Shown one piece after another: positions 50,157 through 62,819 of a DNA stretch of 64,000 nt. The stretch is taken from the NCBI RefSeq assembly GCF_001194135.2, contig NC_068983.1, positions 115,674,893 to 115,738,892 on the forward strand. The letters are read 5' to 3'. Position 1 is the stretch's first letter, and every line of letters starts with the position of its first letter. Under the pieces are notes generated by a model. That model searched no databases. It was not told where the DNA came from and saw only the letters and a program-made list of their open reading frames with translations. A program made the position numbers and the translations under genes. The stretch is from Octopus bimaculoides. Its lineage: Eukaryota.

Positions 50157-51050
50157 TTTTGCGAAGAAAATCAACAAGAGGATTTAAAGCTTGCATAGAT
50201 AGTTTTGTCTGGAAGAGATGTCACTGGTGATATGAAATTAAATCCCTTATTTGCTTAATCACTCCGAAAAGGGCTTTCACATGTCACACAAAGTTTATCT
50301 CTGATTTGGCATTGAAATAAGAAGGCATGGATGACTAAGATCCTTCTTGAAGAACAGTTTACAAACATTATTTTGTCCTGTTAAGGCAGCAAGCTGGCAG
50401 AATCATTAGCCTGCCAGGTGAAATGTTTAGCAGTATTTCGTCTGTCTTCGTGTTCTGAGCACACATTCTGCTAAGGTTGACTTTGCCTTTCATCTCTTTG
50501 GGGGCTCGATAAATAAAGTACCAGTTGTGTACTGGGGTCAATCTAATCGACTGGCCCCCTCCCATCAAATTTCAGGCTTTGTGCCTATAGTAGAAAAGAT
50601 TATTTTGTCCTGTTGTAAAAAGGTGCTGTGATAGACATAATATTTCCAAAAAATCATATCTCCTTTTAGGTAATGTACCAAGTCACCCAGTGAACTTTCT
50701 GTTAATGTAAGAGAATATATCCCCAAGGATACAATTTCTTTGCTCCAGTCAATGGATCAAGTTATGATAGCTAATTTCAAAGCATAATATATGAGAACTT
50801 TCAAATAACTTATAAAAGCAATTGACAGGGAAAATAAGCCTACAGTTAGACTTCTTGAAGAAGTTCAACATAATGAATGTTGTATGATAAAATACCTGAG
50901 CCATAGGATAAACTGAAACCCTCAACTTTAAATGATACTTGGAAAAATATATGATTAGACAGTATCTGTGACTTTACAAGTTTTCCACAAGCAGAAAGTC
51001 CACATCAAATTTGGAAAGTTATTGTGGAAATTGCAAATGATGTAGGGTAT
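49915..51050 (+). mobile_element. pogo/Tigger DDE transposase fossil, interrupted by a SINE
   Basis: SKGLFEKFKK..LHNIKM; QIYNVDETALFW; NKKAWMT; NVPSHP; ISLLQSMDQVMIANFKA*Y. The SINE at 50383-50598 has a 16-bp TSD ATTATTTTGTCCTGTT. Confidence 0.88.
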
Positions 51051-51264
51051 GACACTAGCATTTAAACTGGCCATATCCAGCTAAATATTCTACCTATTTC
51101 GTGTTCAAACTGGCCAGATCTTGCCTCTCACACCAACCCTACAACATCATTTTAAAAATTAATGGTTACCTTATCAAAATTTCAGAGCAACAAGATAAAT
51201 GCATGTTTAATTCAAAATAATGTGAATAAATAAGCATTACTTTTGACAGAATAACGTGAATGCT

Positions 51265-52110
51265 AGGCTTCATATAAGGTTGGTGTAAACCTGTATTTAA
51301 ATCACAGTTAATGTCTAAATAGTTGATGGAGTAGTTTTCATTCTCTGTTGTAATGGAGAGGCTGAATCTATTGAAGAATTTATACAGGCATTTCTTGAGT
51401 AACCCTAGGCGTCTGTTGGAAATGCTTTTAATAAGGAAAACTGCATCGGCTCTATATAGACCTCCCATGAGTTCAGGGAATTCCCTATAGATGTTATCTA
51501 GGAGGTAAATACCCACAAGGTCACTTACCTTGGTTGAGTCCAGGGCTCCCATAGTTATATCAAAGAAGTCAGGGGTATCCTTTCTGGCCCACAACTTATT
51601 ATTGAATTCAATAATGGACTTATGGGTCATTAGGATTACATTAATTTCTTTTCTACATAACTTAGTATAATTCATAGCAAAAATAAGCACACTGTTTAGG
51701 ATTGTAGGGTTTATAGACAAGTAATAATTTTAGATGACAATTTGCAAAAATTTATGATTATCCTTATATTTTATGTTAGAGAACCATTCTATTGTGCCTT
51801 GGGTATTTGTCTATAATTCCAGTTTAATTTTCTTCTCATGAGTTGGTATATACTTATCCAAGATTGCTTTGCTAAGCTTACTTAAGTCTGACTTATTGAG
51901 GCATATTAATCTGACCTGGGTGTTATGTAGGTAATTATCTTTATGGTCCTTAATAGTAATACGAGGTCTAATCGGTATAAAAGGTTCAATTCGATCATCA
52001 ATATTATACTCTAACATAATCTTTTTGGCCTCTAAGTTGATTGTTTTAAGAGTACTTCTAGGGACTACTTTATATTTTTTAAGGATTTCGCGGTGAATGA
52101 GTATATATAT
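51265..52110 (-). mobile_element. Penelope-like element RT remnant (GLYRDD subtype)
   Basis: ITIKDHKDNY..VRLI..KSDLSKLSK.ILD; FDITMGALD...LVGIYLL; GLYRAD (catalytic D replaced by A); INYLDIN..LNTG..QPY.KP. Confidence 0.88.
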
Positions 52111-52383
52111 ATAGATATAAATATATAGATATATAGATATAGATATTTGTTTGTGTGATATGTGTGTTTATATATATACTAATATATACTTTTGTTATTT
52201 ACACCACCTGTCCTCGTCTGTTGTTATTTTTTGTATATTCTCCCATATATATATATATATATATATATAGGCATAATGCACACACACACGTGTGTGTGTG
52301 TGTGTGTGTACTTACTGTCCAGCCTCATTTAGCAGAGACAGTAACCAATGAATAAAAGATGTGCACACAAGAACCAATTTATT

Positions 52384-52417
<34 letters not shown>

Positions 52418-53374
52418 GAATGGTAATTAATGCAGGGGGAAAATAGCTGGTCTTGAACTACATATCCCAACTAATCCCATTAGAATGGTAAAAATAACAT
52501 TTCCTGAATTGCTCGTAATGAGAAGGATCAATACAAGACAATAAATAGGATATTCTTAGAATTATATTTTTGACTTTTAATATTCTTTAAAGTCTGCAAA
52601 TCATCAGACCGGATGTATTAGTGTGTCTGGTTTTGATGCCTTCTTGTTTTGAGTTCCACATTGGTTGGAGCATGAATTTTGTTATTGTTAAACCTCCTGT
52701 CTCTTTTAATAAATTGTTGTTGTTGTTGTTGCTGTTATTGATGATTAGCTTCAGATTATTTTTGATCAAGCAGTTTTGTCATTAACTCTTTAGCATTCAG
52801 ATTGATCTGTTAAATGTAATGCTTGCTTATTCACAATGTTTTCAATTAATCATGCATTATCTCAATGATGTAACTGTTTACTTTTGAGGCAAGATCTGGC
52901 TGGTTTGAACATAAAACGGGTAAAATGCTCAGACCAAATATGGTCAGTTTAAGTGCTAAGGGGTTAAAGACATTTCAGCTTGGATCATCTAATTTATTTT
53001 CAGCTCTAATGTATCTAGGACTATATTATTCAAATGGCACCTGTGCCCAGTGTCGCCTTTATGGCACTTGTGCCTGTGGCATGTGTAAGGACTTTCGAGC
53101 GAGATCGTTGTCAGTGCCCCTGGACTTGCTCTTGTGCGGGTGGCACATAAAATACACCATTTTGAGCATGGTTGTTGCCAGTACCGCCTGACTGGCCTTC
53201 GTGCTGGTGGCACGTAAAAGCACCCACTGCACTCTCTGAGTGGTTGGCGTTAGGAAGGGCATCCAGCTGTAGAAATTCTGCCAAATCAGATTGGAGCCTG
53301 GTGTAGCCATCCGGTTTCACCAGTACTCAGTCAAATCGTCCAACCCATGCTAGCATGGAAAGCAGACGTTAAAC

Positions 53375-53414
<40 letters not shown>

Positions 53415-53999
53415 TGTCCTTCCTTTTCTTTTCCCATAATGCTGTAAGGAACATTTGACTTCTATTATTTCTAACATTGAAATCTGCTATTTCTAGTCTA
53501 TGAAACATCCATACAGAGGCTCATTTAATGGGTTGTTGTTGCAGTAGTGGCAGTGGTGGCTCTTGGTAGTTGTTATTTAGTGTCAGGTCAACTCTTATCC
53601 AACAGGCCTCTGATCAAAGTTGTTCCAGCCATGACCATCTCAGCCTTATTATTTTAGATACAGCATTTCATGAACTGCTTCATACAAGACATATTTTCTT
53701 AAGACATCAGATTATTATCTTAAGGAGATTTAGCTGCTTGTTCTTACATGTTGATCAACAATGTATAGGTATCAGAGCCCACTCCTATACAGATAGTTGA
53801 TTATGACTATAAAATGAAATGGCTCAATTGTATATTGCATTGAACTTTCTGGAAGCAGCTAACCACCACTCTCCAACACACACATGGAAGTGAAATAGAT
53901 TCAACCAGCTGAATTTAGATTTTCTTAGTTATATGTCTCCTTTATCTGATTTGTTTTCTTTTTACTTGTTTCAGTCTTTGAATTGTAGCCATGCTTGAG

Positions 54000-56590
54000 A
54001 ACTGTCTTAAGGTTAAAGCTCTTGTGAATGGACAGAGATTTAGAGATGTATTACTCAAAGCTTTTGACGAAATAGAGGGGGATATAACATTACATGATGT
54101 GGAAGACAACTGGAGGTGTCTATGGGACAACCTGCTGAGGGCCACCGACCAGATCTCTGGATGGTACAAAGACCCCTCTTGACCCAAGGTAAAGTGGTGG
54201 TAGAACAATGTTGTTGACAAGGCCATTAGGGAAAAGAATCTGGATTGGAAGGACTGGAAGAATAATGGTAACAGGGAATTGAATCAGACTGCCAGAAGGG
54301 AAGCTAGGAGACAGGTTTATTTAGCCAGAAGGGAAGCAGATAAGAAAAAATTTACCAATATTCTGTGCCGTGAAGACCAAAGACTTGAGGAATTTCATGT
54401 TGTAAAACAGTGTGTGAGAGAGAATCGTGATCTCATAGGAGAGAAATGTGTCTGCATGGATGACAGTTCACTTGCATTAAATGAGGCTGCAAAGAGACAC
54501 CGCTATGAAAGGTTGCCAATTAAAGAGAATGAATGGGAGAAAGAGAGTCTGCCGAATGCCAACCCAACAGAGGTACCAGCTATGCGAATTGACAGTACCT
54601 TGGTAGATAAAGCAATTAAGGGTATGAAGACAGGGAAAGTCCCCGGCCCATCGGAAATTACTGCAGAGATGCTCAAAATATCTGGCAGTGTCAGATAAAG
54701 CCTAGTCACCCATATAGTAAGCCAGGTGATACACGAAGGAGTCATACCCAATGATTGGTGTAGCAGCACCATAGTCAACTGCTACAAAGGTAAAGGTGAC
54801 ACGTTAGATACAAATAATTACAGAAGTATCAAGTTGTTGGATCAAGTGATGAAAGTTATGGAGAGGGTCATAGCCTAACTAATTAGGGAGAGAGTCAGTC
54901 TAGACGAGATGCAGTTTGGGTTCGTGCCAGGAAAAAGCACCACTGATGCTATATTTCTGGCTAGACAGCTGCAGGAGAAATACCTAGCCAAAGATAAACC
55001 TCTCTACCTGGCTTTCGTTGACATGGAAAAAGCCTTTGACAGGATCCTCCGATCTCTTACCTGGTGGTCACTGAGGAAATTAGGGATAGATGAATGGTTA
55101 GTGAGAGTTGTGCAAGCCATATACAGGGATGCTGTCAGTAAGGTGAGGGTTAACAACAAGTACAGTGAAAAATTCCAGGTAGGGGCAGGGGTCCACCAAG
55201 GATCAGTCCTCAGCCACCTCTTATTCATCAAAGTCCTCCAGGCAATGACAGAGGAATTCAAGACAGGATGCCCCTGGGAGCTCCTCTATGCTGATGACAT
55301 TGCTCTTATTGCTGAAGCACTATGAGAACTAGAGGAGAAGTTTCAGGTGTGGAAGCAAGGATTAGAATCGAAGGGCCTTAGAGTCAACCTAGCTAAACCA
55401 AAGTCCTAATAAGTAGGAAGGCAGACAAACCACAAATCACTTCAGGTAGATGGCCCTGCTCAATCTGTAGAAAAGGTGTAGGTAGAAACTCCATAAGATG
55501 TACTCAGTGTAAGCTATGGACACATAAGAGGTGCAGCAATATCAAAGGAAGACTAACTGGGAAAATAGTTTTTGTATGTGGCAAATGCTCAGGAGCAATA
55601 AACACTGAAAATGTACAGAGAATAGCTTCTGCTACATTCTAAGGAGAAAAACTACAAGTAGTTGATAGCTTCCGTTACCTAGGTGACCAAGTCAGTAGCA
55701 GGGGTGGATGCTCTGAAGGTGTAGCTGCTAGAATAAGAATAGCCTGGGCAAAGTTCAGAGAGCTCCTACCTCTGCTGGTGACAAAGGGCCCCTCACTCAG
55801 AGTAAAAGGCAGACTGTATGACACGTGTGTGAAATGCCATGCTACATGGCAGTGAAACATGGGCTGTGACTGCTGAAGACATGCGTAGGCTTGCAAGGAA
55901 TGAAGCCAGTATGCTCCACTAGATGTGTAATGTCAGTGTGCATACACAATAGAGTGTAAGCACCCTGAGAGAAAAGTTGGACTTTAGAAGCATCAGATGT
56001 GGTGTGCAAGAGAGTCGATTGTGCTGGTATGGTCATGTGTTGCGAATGGATGAGGACAGCTGTGTGAAAAAGTGTCACACCCTAGCAGTTGAGGGAACCT
56101 GTGGAAGAGGTAGACTCAGGAAGACCTGGGATGAGGTGGTGCAGCATGACCTTTGAACATTGCTCCTCACCGAGGCAATGATTAGTGACCGTGACCTTTG
56201 GAGATATGCTGTGCTTGAGAAAGTCCGGCAAGCCAAGTGAGACCATAACCCGTGGCCTATGGCAGTGGTGTATAACCAGCTCACTTACGAGTACCCTTCA
56301 TTCATTGGACAATAAATTTTACTTGCAAAGACCTGTTGAGGCAAGTGAAATCAAAATTGGTGATGTGGCTGCTGACAGTACTGCCTGATGGGCACTCGTG
56401 CCAGTGGAACATTAAAAGTAGCATCTGAGTGTGATCATTGCCAGAGCCACTGACTGGCTCTCGTGACGGTGGCACATAAAAAGCACCATTTAAACATGAT
56501 CATTGCCAGCATCGCCTAACTGGCATGTGTTAGTGGCACGGGAAAAACAACATTTTAGTGTGGCCATTGCCAGTGTCGCCAGCTTTGTAT
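54000..56590 (+). mobile_element. RTE-clade LINE, 5'-truncated, RT plus PHD-type finger, inactivated
   Basis: QFGFVPGKSTTDAIF, AFVDMEKAFD, GVHQGSVLS, LLYADD, SFRYLG, ending DLWRYAVLEK; several in-frame stops and a frameshift; 3'UTR partial. Confidence 0.95.
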
Positions 56591-56730
56591 TTTCTCATAA
56601 AAACTCCAAGGCAGGTACATAGTGATTTCCAAGGAAGCTGCCTGGGATCATTCGCAATCTGATGACAAAGACATGAAGAATTGTTTGAATAAGCACCAAT
56701 ATATCATTGGAATATATACATAGACATATG

Positions 56731-56806
<76 letters not shown>

Positions 56807-57207
56807 NNNNNNNNNNNNNNNNNNNNNNNNNNNNNNNNNNNNNNNNNNNNNNNNNNNNNNNNNNNNNNNNNNNNNNNNNNNNNNNNNNNNNNNNNNNNNN
56901 NNNNNNNNNNNNNNNNNNNNNNNNNNNNNNNNNNNNNNNNNNNNNNNNNNNNNNNNNNNNNNNNNNNNNNNNNNNNNNNNNNNNNNNNNNNNNNNNNNNN
57001 NNNNNNNNNNNNNNNNNNNNNNNNNNNNNNNNNNNNNNNNNNNNNNNNNNNNNNNNNNNNNNNNNNNNNNNNNNNNNNNNNNNNNNNNNNNNNNNNNNNN
57101 NNNNNNNNNNNNNNNNNNNNNNNNNNNNNNNNNNNNNNNNNNNNNNNNNNNNNNNNNNNNNNNNNNNNNNNNNNNNNNNNNNNNNNNNNNNTATACATAG
57201 ACATATG

Positions 57208-57257
<50 letters not shown>

Positions 57258-57676
57258 CATACATATATATAGTGGAGGCGCAATGGCCCAGTGGTTAGGG
57301 CACCGGACTCACAGTCATAGGATCGCGATTTCGATTCCCAGACCGGGCGTTGTGAGTGTTTATTGAGCGAAAACACCTAAAGCTCCACGAGGCTCCAGTA
57401 GGGGATGGTGGCGAACCCTGCTGTACTCTTTCACCACAACTTTTTCTCACTCTCACTTTCTGTTTCTGTTGTGCCTGTAATCCAAAGGGTTAGCTTTGTC
57501 ACACTGTGTCACGCTGAATATCCCCAAGAACTACGTTAAGAGTACACGTGTCTGTGGAGTGCTCAGCCACTTGCACGTTAATTTCATGAGCAGGCTGTTC
57601 CCTTGATCAGATCAACTGGAACCCTCGACGTCATAAGCGACGGAGTGCCAACAACATACATATATATACATACATA

Positions 57677-57723
<47 letters not shown>

Positions 57724-58045
57724 CACACACGCACATACATATGTATGCACGCACGCACACACAGACACACATATATAACTAATAAAAAGGGTTGCTTATT
57801 AGCAATTAGAACCTAAAGGCACAACTAACAGAGGTCACAAAAGTTACAGAGGGTGCTGGTCAGCACTGTTTATGCTAAAATAAGAGTTAAATTAACTCCA
57901 AAGCCACAAATCACTAACTTAATGATTGACAAAGGGAAGTAAGCCCCTATCGTAGGAAGATAGTTCACAATTTTGAATCTTGGTGTTGACACATTAATTC
58001 TCATCAGCTGCTTTTAACGCCTAGGGTAAAGCTCAACTTCCTCTA

Positions 58046-58315
58046 TCAATCATATAAGAAAGACCATTTAAATCAATCATATAAGAAAGACCATTTAAAT
58101 CAATCATATAAGAAAGACCGTTTAAATCAATCATATAAGAAAGACCGTTTAAATCAATCATATAAGAAAGACCATTTAAATCAATCATATAAGAAAGACC
58201 ATTTAAATCAATCATATAAGAAAGACCATTTAAATCAATCATATAAGAAAGACCATTTAAATCAATCATATAAGAAAGACCATTTAAATCAATCATATAA
58301 GAAAGACCATTTAAA
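58046..58315. repeat. 27-bp minisatellite, 10 copies
   Basis: TCAATCATATAAGAAAGACCATTTAAA x10; units 3 and 4 carry an A>G variant; no spacers. Confidence 0.97.
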
Positions 58316-58474
58316 TCCTACTGATTTTCAGAATGGTGTAAGTGTAAACAACTAATAAAAAGGGTAGCTTATTAGCAATTAGAACCTAAAGGCAATAATT
58401 ATGTGTGTCTTTGTGTCACAAAATTGGTCACAAAATTGATGGAGGGTTCTGACCAGCACCATTTATATTTATAC

Positions 58475-58533
<59 letters not shown>

Positions 58534-60589
58534 TGTACATAACTGACCCTGGAGTGACATAGCACAGCCAAGTTGCAATAGCATTTGGGTTGAGACATTC
58601 TAATCTTGACATTCTAAAGTACCAAGTTCTATTCTCTTCAATATCAAAGGAATTTTGTTATAAATAAAGTATTTTTTTAATTCGATACCAATTATTGAAA
58701 TGGTTGATGCAGAGTATAGTGAATTACATTAATTTTTGTATAGACCACCTTGTATCTATTCAATTACTCCACCTTTCCTACCCAATGGAAAGAAAAATCA
58801 AGAACTATCATCATCATTATTATTTTTTTGCCTGTTTTACCATATTTGAATGGAGACAGGTCCTCTCCATGTATTGTGCTTCAACTTTTGTTATGGCCTC
58901 TTGTCATCTCCTTTATTTCATGTGGTCTATCATCTTGAGATCAGCTCTCATCACTTTTCGTTATACCTTCCTTAGTCTTCCTTCACCACTTGGATTGCTT
59001 AGCACTCTTTCACCCAACTGTTATCCTCTGTATGCATCATAAAGACGGTATAGAAATAAACATGATAGGCGTCATAACAGTGAAGATGATACCAATATAT
59101 TTTAAGGATTTTATGTATATAAATGTAAACTTTGGTTGTAAGGAACACTTAATGGGAGACATTGTCAAGTTTTTCTCTAGTTTGTACTTAATCATAAAAG
59201 TAATGGTATTAAAGAAAGTCTAATCAATAAGGATAAAGAGGTAAGATAGCTGAAGGGTGTGTATTCAAATTCTGTCAAGGCCAACTTTGCTTTCATCTTT
59301 CCAGGGTCAATAAGTTCCAGTTCAGTACTGGGGTTGATGCAATCGACTTACCTCCTTTCCCAAACTTGCTGGCCTAGTACCAAAATTTGAAAGCAATATT
59401 TTATTATGTATTAAAGTGGCAAGTTGGCAGAATTGTTAAGTATGCTCAGAAAAATGTTTAGTGGCATATTGTCTGTCTTTACATTCTGAGTTCAAATTTC
59501 ACTAAGGTTGACTTTGTCTTTCATTCTTTCAGGGTTGATAAAATAAGTACCAGTTGAGCACTGGGGTCGATATAAAAGACTTACCTCCACCCTCAAAATT
59601 GCTGCTCTTGTGTAAAGATTTAAAGCCAATATTTAATGTGTATTCAGGTTCTTCTGCTTGTTTTAGCCATTATAACTAAGCCCATGCTGGAGTACCACAT
59701 TATTTTACATTTGTCCATGAGATGGCATTTAATAAAACTGAGAATGTTTTACCTCAGGTTAAAGTCTAAAAATATTATTTCTGTCTGTCCTGTTATTTGA
59801 TTTCAGCCTTGGTTCAGATTACAGGCTGCATATGATGGCTGCTGTGTACAAAACAGATCAATCCACATTAAAGTAACAAAGCACAGATATCTACCAACTG
59901 TTGGATATCTTCCAGGTTCTTGAGGGAATTCACTCAATCAATAATGGTAACACAGTGAGAGAGATATAAAACCAGATGATAATAAAAGTTTTAACTCAAA
60001 GAACTGATGAAAGAATGAAACAATTAATCTAAATAACTGATAACAGCATTGAACATAAAATATTTTAACAAAGCAAACATGTATGATTATTTTTATGGCT
60101 TAGTCTTACCCTTGACCTATTACAGGATCTCTGAGACTCGTGGATGGAAGGAAGATATCTTCAAACCAGATACCCAGCTCAAATGCTTGCAACTAGGTGG
60201 ACTAAAAGCACCCGATACCGGAAAGCAATATTAAATTAAATAACAGATTTAGTCTACTATGCAAAGAATCAGATCAGAACAAATACCATAAGACATCATG
60301 ATTCTCCTAGATCACCTACATACACTGGTACTTTATTGACCCCAGAAAGGTAATGTTGACTTCAGTGGGGGTTTGAACTCAGAACTCAAGGAATCAGAAT
60401 AAATACTGCAACTATACCAGCTCCCTGGAGGAGTAGGAATATAAATAATAATTTCCTTCATGAAAGGCCAGAAATTGTGGTAGGTGGTAACAGTTAATTT
60501 TATTAATCTTTGTGCCTGACTGGTACTTCATTTTATTGACCTTGTAAGGAAGACAGGTGCCAGTATGCTGTGTAGTTAAGAAGCTGTAT

Positions 60590-61270
60590 TACCAATTTTG
60601 AGTAAAAATCCAGCAACTTCTATAGCTTACCCAAAACACATAAGTCAAAAGAAATACAGAACACTATAAAGGAACAAGGTTGTGAATACATTAAACTACT
60701 ACAAATAAGACCTTAAACTAAGACCCATCATAGCTGGTCTAACCTGTCCTACACCTCGTCTGAGCAACCTCTTTGATATTATTCTAAAACCACTATGTAG
60801 TCACGTACCCAGTTTCATTTGAGATGACATCGATTTCCTGTCACATTTACCCAAAAACAACAGAATCCCATTCACTGTTAGCTAGTTTTGATGTAACAAA
60901 CTTATATACAAACATTCCACATGATTTGGGAATTACTGCCATAAAATATTGGGTCGAGAAACATAGAAAAGCAATCCCCAGTAGATTTACTGTAACCTTC
61001 ATACTAGATGTGGTTGGCCTCATCCTCAAAAACAATACATTCCTTTTCAACAGAAAAAACTACCTCCAAATTTGAGGCACAACTATGGGGACATGATTTG
61101 CTCCAGTTTTTGGAACAAAAACTATATAAAAAAAAAAACTGAAGAGAACTACGGTATGACCTTTAAAAGACATATAGAGAACACATGGAAAAGATACCTT
61201 GATGATTGTTTCCTAATTTGGACCAAATCCCTAGAAAATCTGGAAGAATTCAGCACCCTCCTCAATAATG
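60590..61270 (+). mobile_element. Penelope-like element RT remnant (RYLDD subtype)
   Basis: FYSLPKTHK; LRPIIAG.TCPT.RLS; SFDVTNLYTNIPHDLG; NNTF.FN..YLQI*GTTMGT; WKRYLDDCFLIW. Confidence 0.9.
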
Positions 61271-61726
61271 TGTGTTTATGTCCCTGTAACTTAGTAGTTC
61301 TGCAAACGTGACTGATAAAATAACTTCCAGGTTTTAAAAAATAAAAGTACCAAGGTCAATTCATTTGACTAAAACTTTTTCAAGGCGGTGCCCCAGCATG
61401 GCTAGTCTAATAATAGAAACAAGATTAAAGATACACACAAACACACGCGCGCGCGCACGCATGCACATAACTATATGTGTATGTATATATGTATTTATAT
61501 ATGTATGTATATATGTATGTATATATGTATGCATATATAAGAAATATTGATCAAAACCTTATAAAAACTATGATTTATAATGGAATGCCTGAGGAAACCA
61601 ACAGAACAACTGAGGTTAATATATCAATATCAATGTTAGATTCTATTACAGAATATCTCACCAAAATTTCTCAAAGGTGATAGGCTCCAGTACAAGTGTA
61701 AGATAACATAATTTATGTTGTAGGCT

Positions 61727-61745
61727 CTTTCTTTCTTTCTTTCCT

Positions 61746-61780
<35 letters not shown>
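61727..61780. repeat. (CTTT)n microsatellite
   Basis: Direct reading. Confidence 0.9.
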
Positions 61781-61781
<1 letters not shown>

Positions 61782-62195
61782 GTTCTTCACTTTTTTCCAT
61801 CCTTTCTTTTTCATTCTTTTGATCTTCTTTTCTTTCTTCCACCACCATTGCTGCTTTTACTATTACTAACACTAAGACCATCACTACTGCCACCACTGCA
61901 ACCACAACTACTTCCAACATCTGAATGAATGTTTCTTTTGTTTCTCCTCCTCCTCCCAAGTAACTTAGTCTGAATAGGTTTCAAAACTAGAAGTTTCTCA
62001 CATGCCTCATGCTGGCTCTCCTGTTGACTCTTTGCTTGTTACTAATAACACTGTTTTCTTTATGTTATGAATGTGCAGGATCGGTGGGTGTATTAAGACA
62101 ACTGCAGAAAGTAATTCTTACAAAGCTCAGGGCCTTTTAAAAATCCATGTTGGTTTAAACCTCCATATTTGTGTATGTGTGTGTATGTATTAGAG

Positions 62196-62492
62196 CAGGG
62201 GTTTTCAAACTGTGGTCCCCAGACCACAGGAGATCCGCAAGGACAAGACAGGGGGTCCGTGGACAGCAAATACTTTTTATGGGCAATTTGATTTTATATA
62301 TGTTTTTTAATTGAAATCTTTTAATTGACAATAAACCTATTTGTTAAATACTGTTAAATAAATAAATGTGAAAATATATGATATTTTAAGGAAATATTTA
62401 TGTATAAATTTCATAAGCATTTATAAGGGGGTCCCTAAGGTAAAGCCTGAAATATAAAGGGGTCCGCAAGTCAAAAAGTTTGAAAACCCCTG
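62196..62492. mobile_element. hAT (Charlie-like) MITE, 297 bp
   Basis: 16-bp TIRs CAGGGGTTTTCAAACT / AGTTTGAAAACCCCTG; 8-bp TSD TATTAGAG / TATTAGGG. Confidence 0.92.
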
Positions 62493-62776
62493 TATTAGGG
62501 TATACAGGATTGTGTGTGTGCGTATGTGTATATATATTCTTTAATTCTTTTACTCGTTTCAGTCATTTGATTGCAGCTATGCTGGAACACCACCTTAGAG
62601 AATTTTAGTCAAAGAAATTGACCCCAGGACTTATTCTTCATAAGCCTAGTGCTTATTCAATCAGTCTCTTTTGCCAAACCATTAAGTTACGGGGATGTAA
62701 ACACACTAACATCAGTTGTCAAGCGATGGTGAGGGGACAAACATGGACACAAAGACACACACATAAATATATGCAT

Positions 62777-62819
<43 letters not shown>

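Noticed and set aside
56645-56712. CTGATGA motif as a hammerhead
   Set aside because: GAAT is found instead of GAAA and stem III is not credible.
56713-57270. Tandem duplication around the gap
   Set aside because: The same TATACATAGACATATGCAT(AC)n(AT)n sequence lies on both sides of the N run; most likely unmerged contig ends.
58033-58315. 27-bp array as a CRISPR array or as a (MIDLNGLSY)n protein
   Set aside because: The units are contiguous with no spacers, no cas genes are present and the context is eukaryotic. The ORF follows from a stop-free 27-bp unit and has no splice or homology support.
60810-61100. Three in-frame TGA codons in the PLE RT as selenocysteine recoding
   Set aside because: They fall where Arg/Lys is expected rather than Cys, which fits mutational decay (CGA to TGA); no SECIS seen and the element is otherwise broken.
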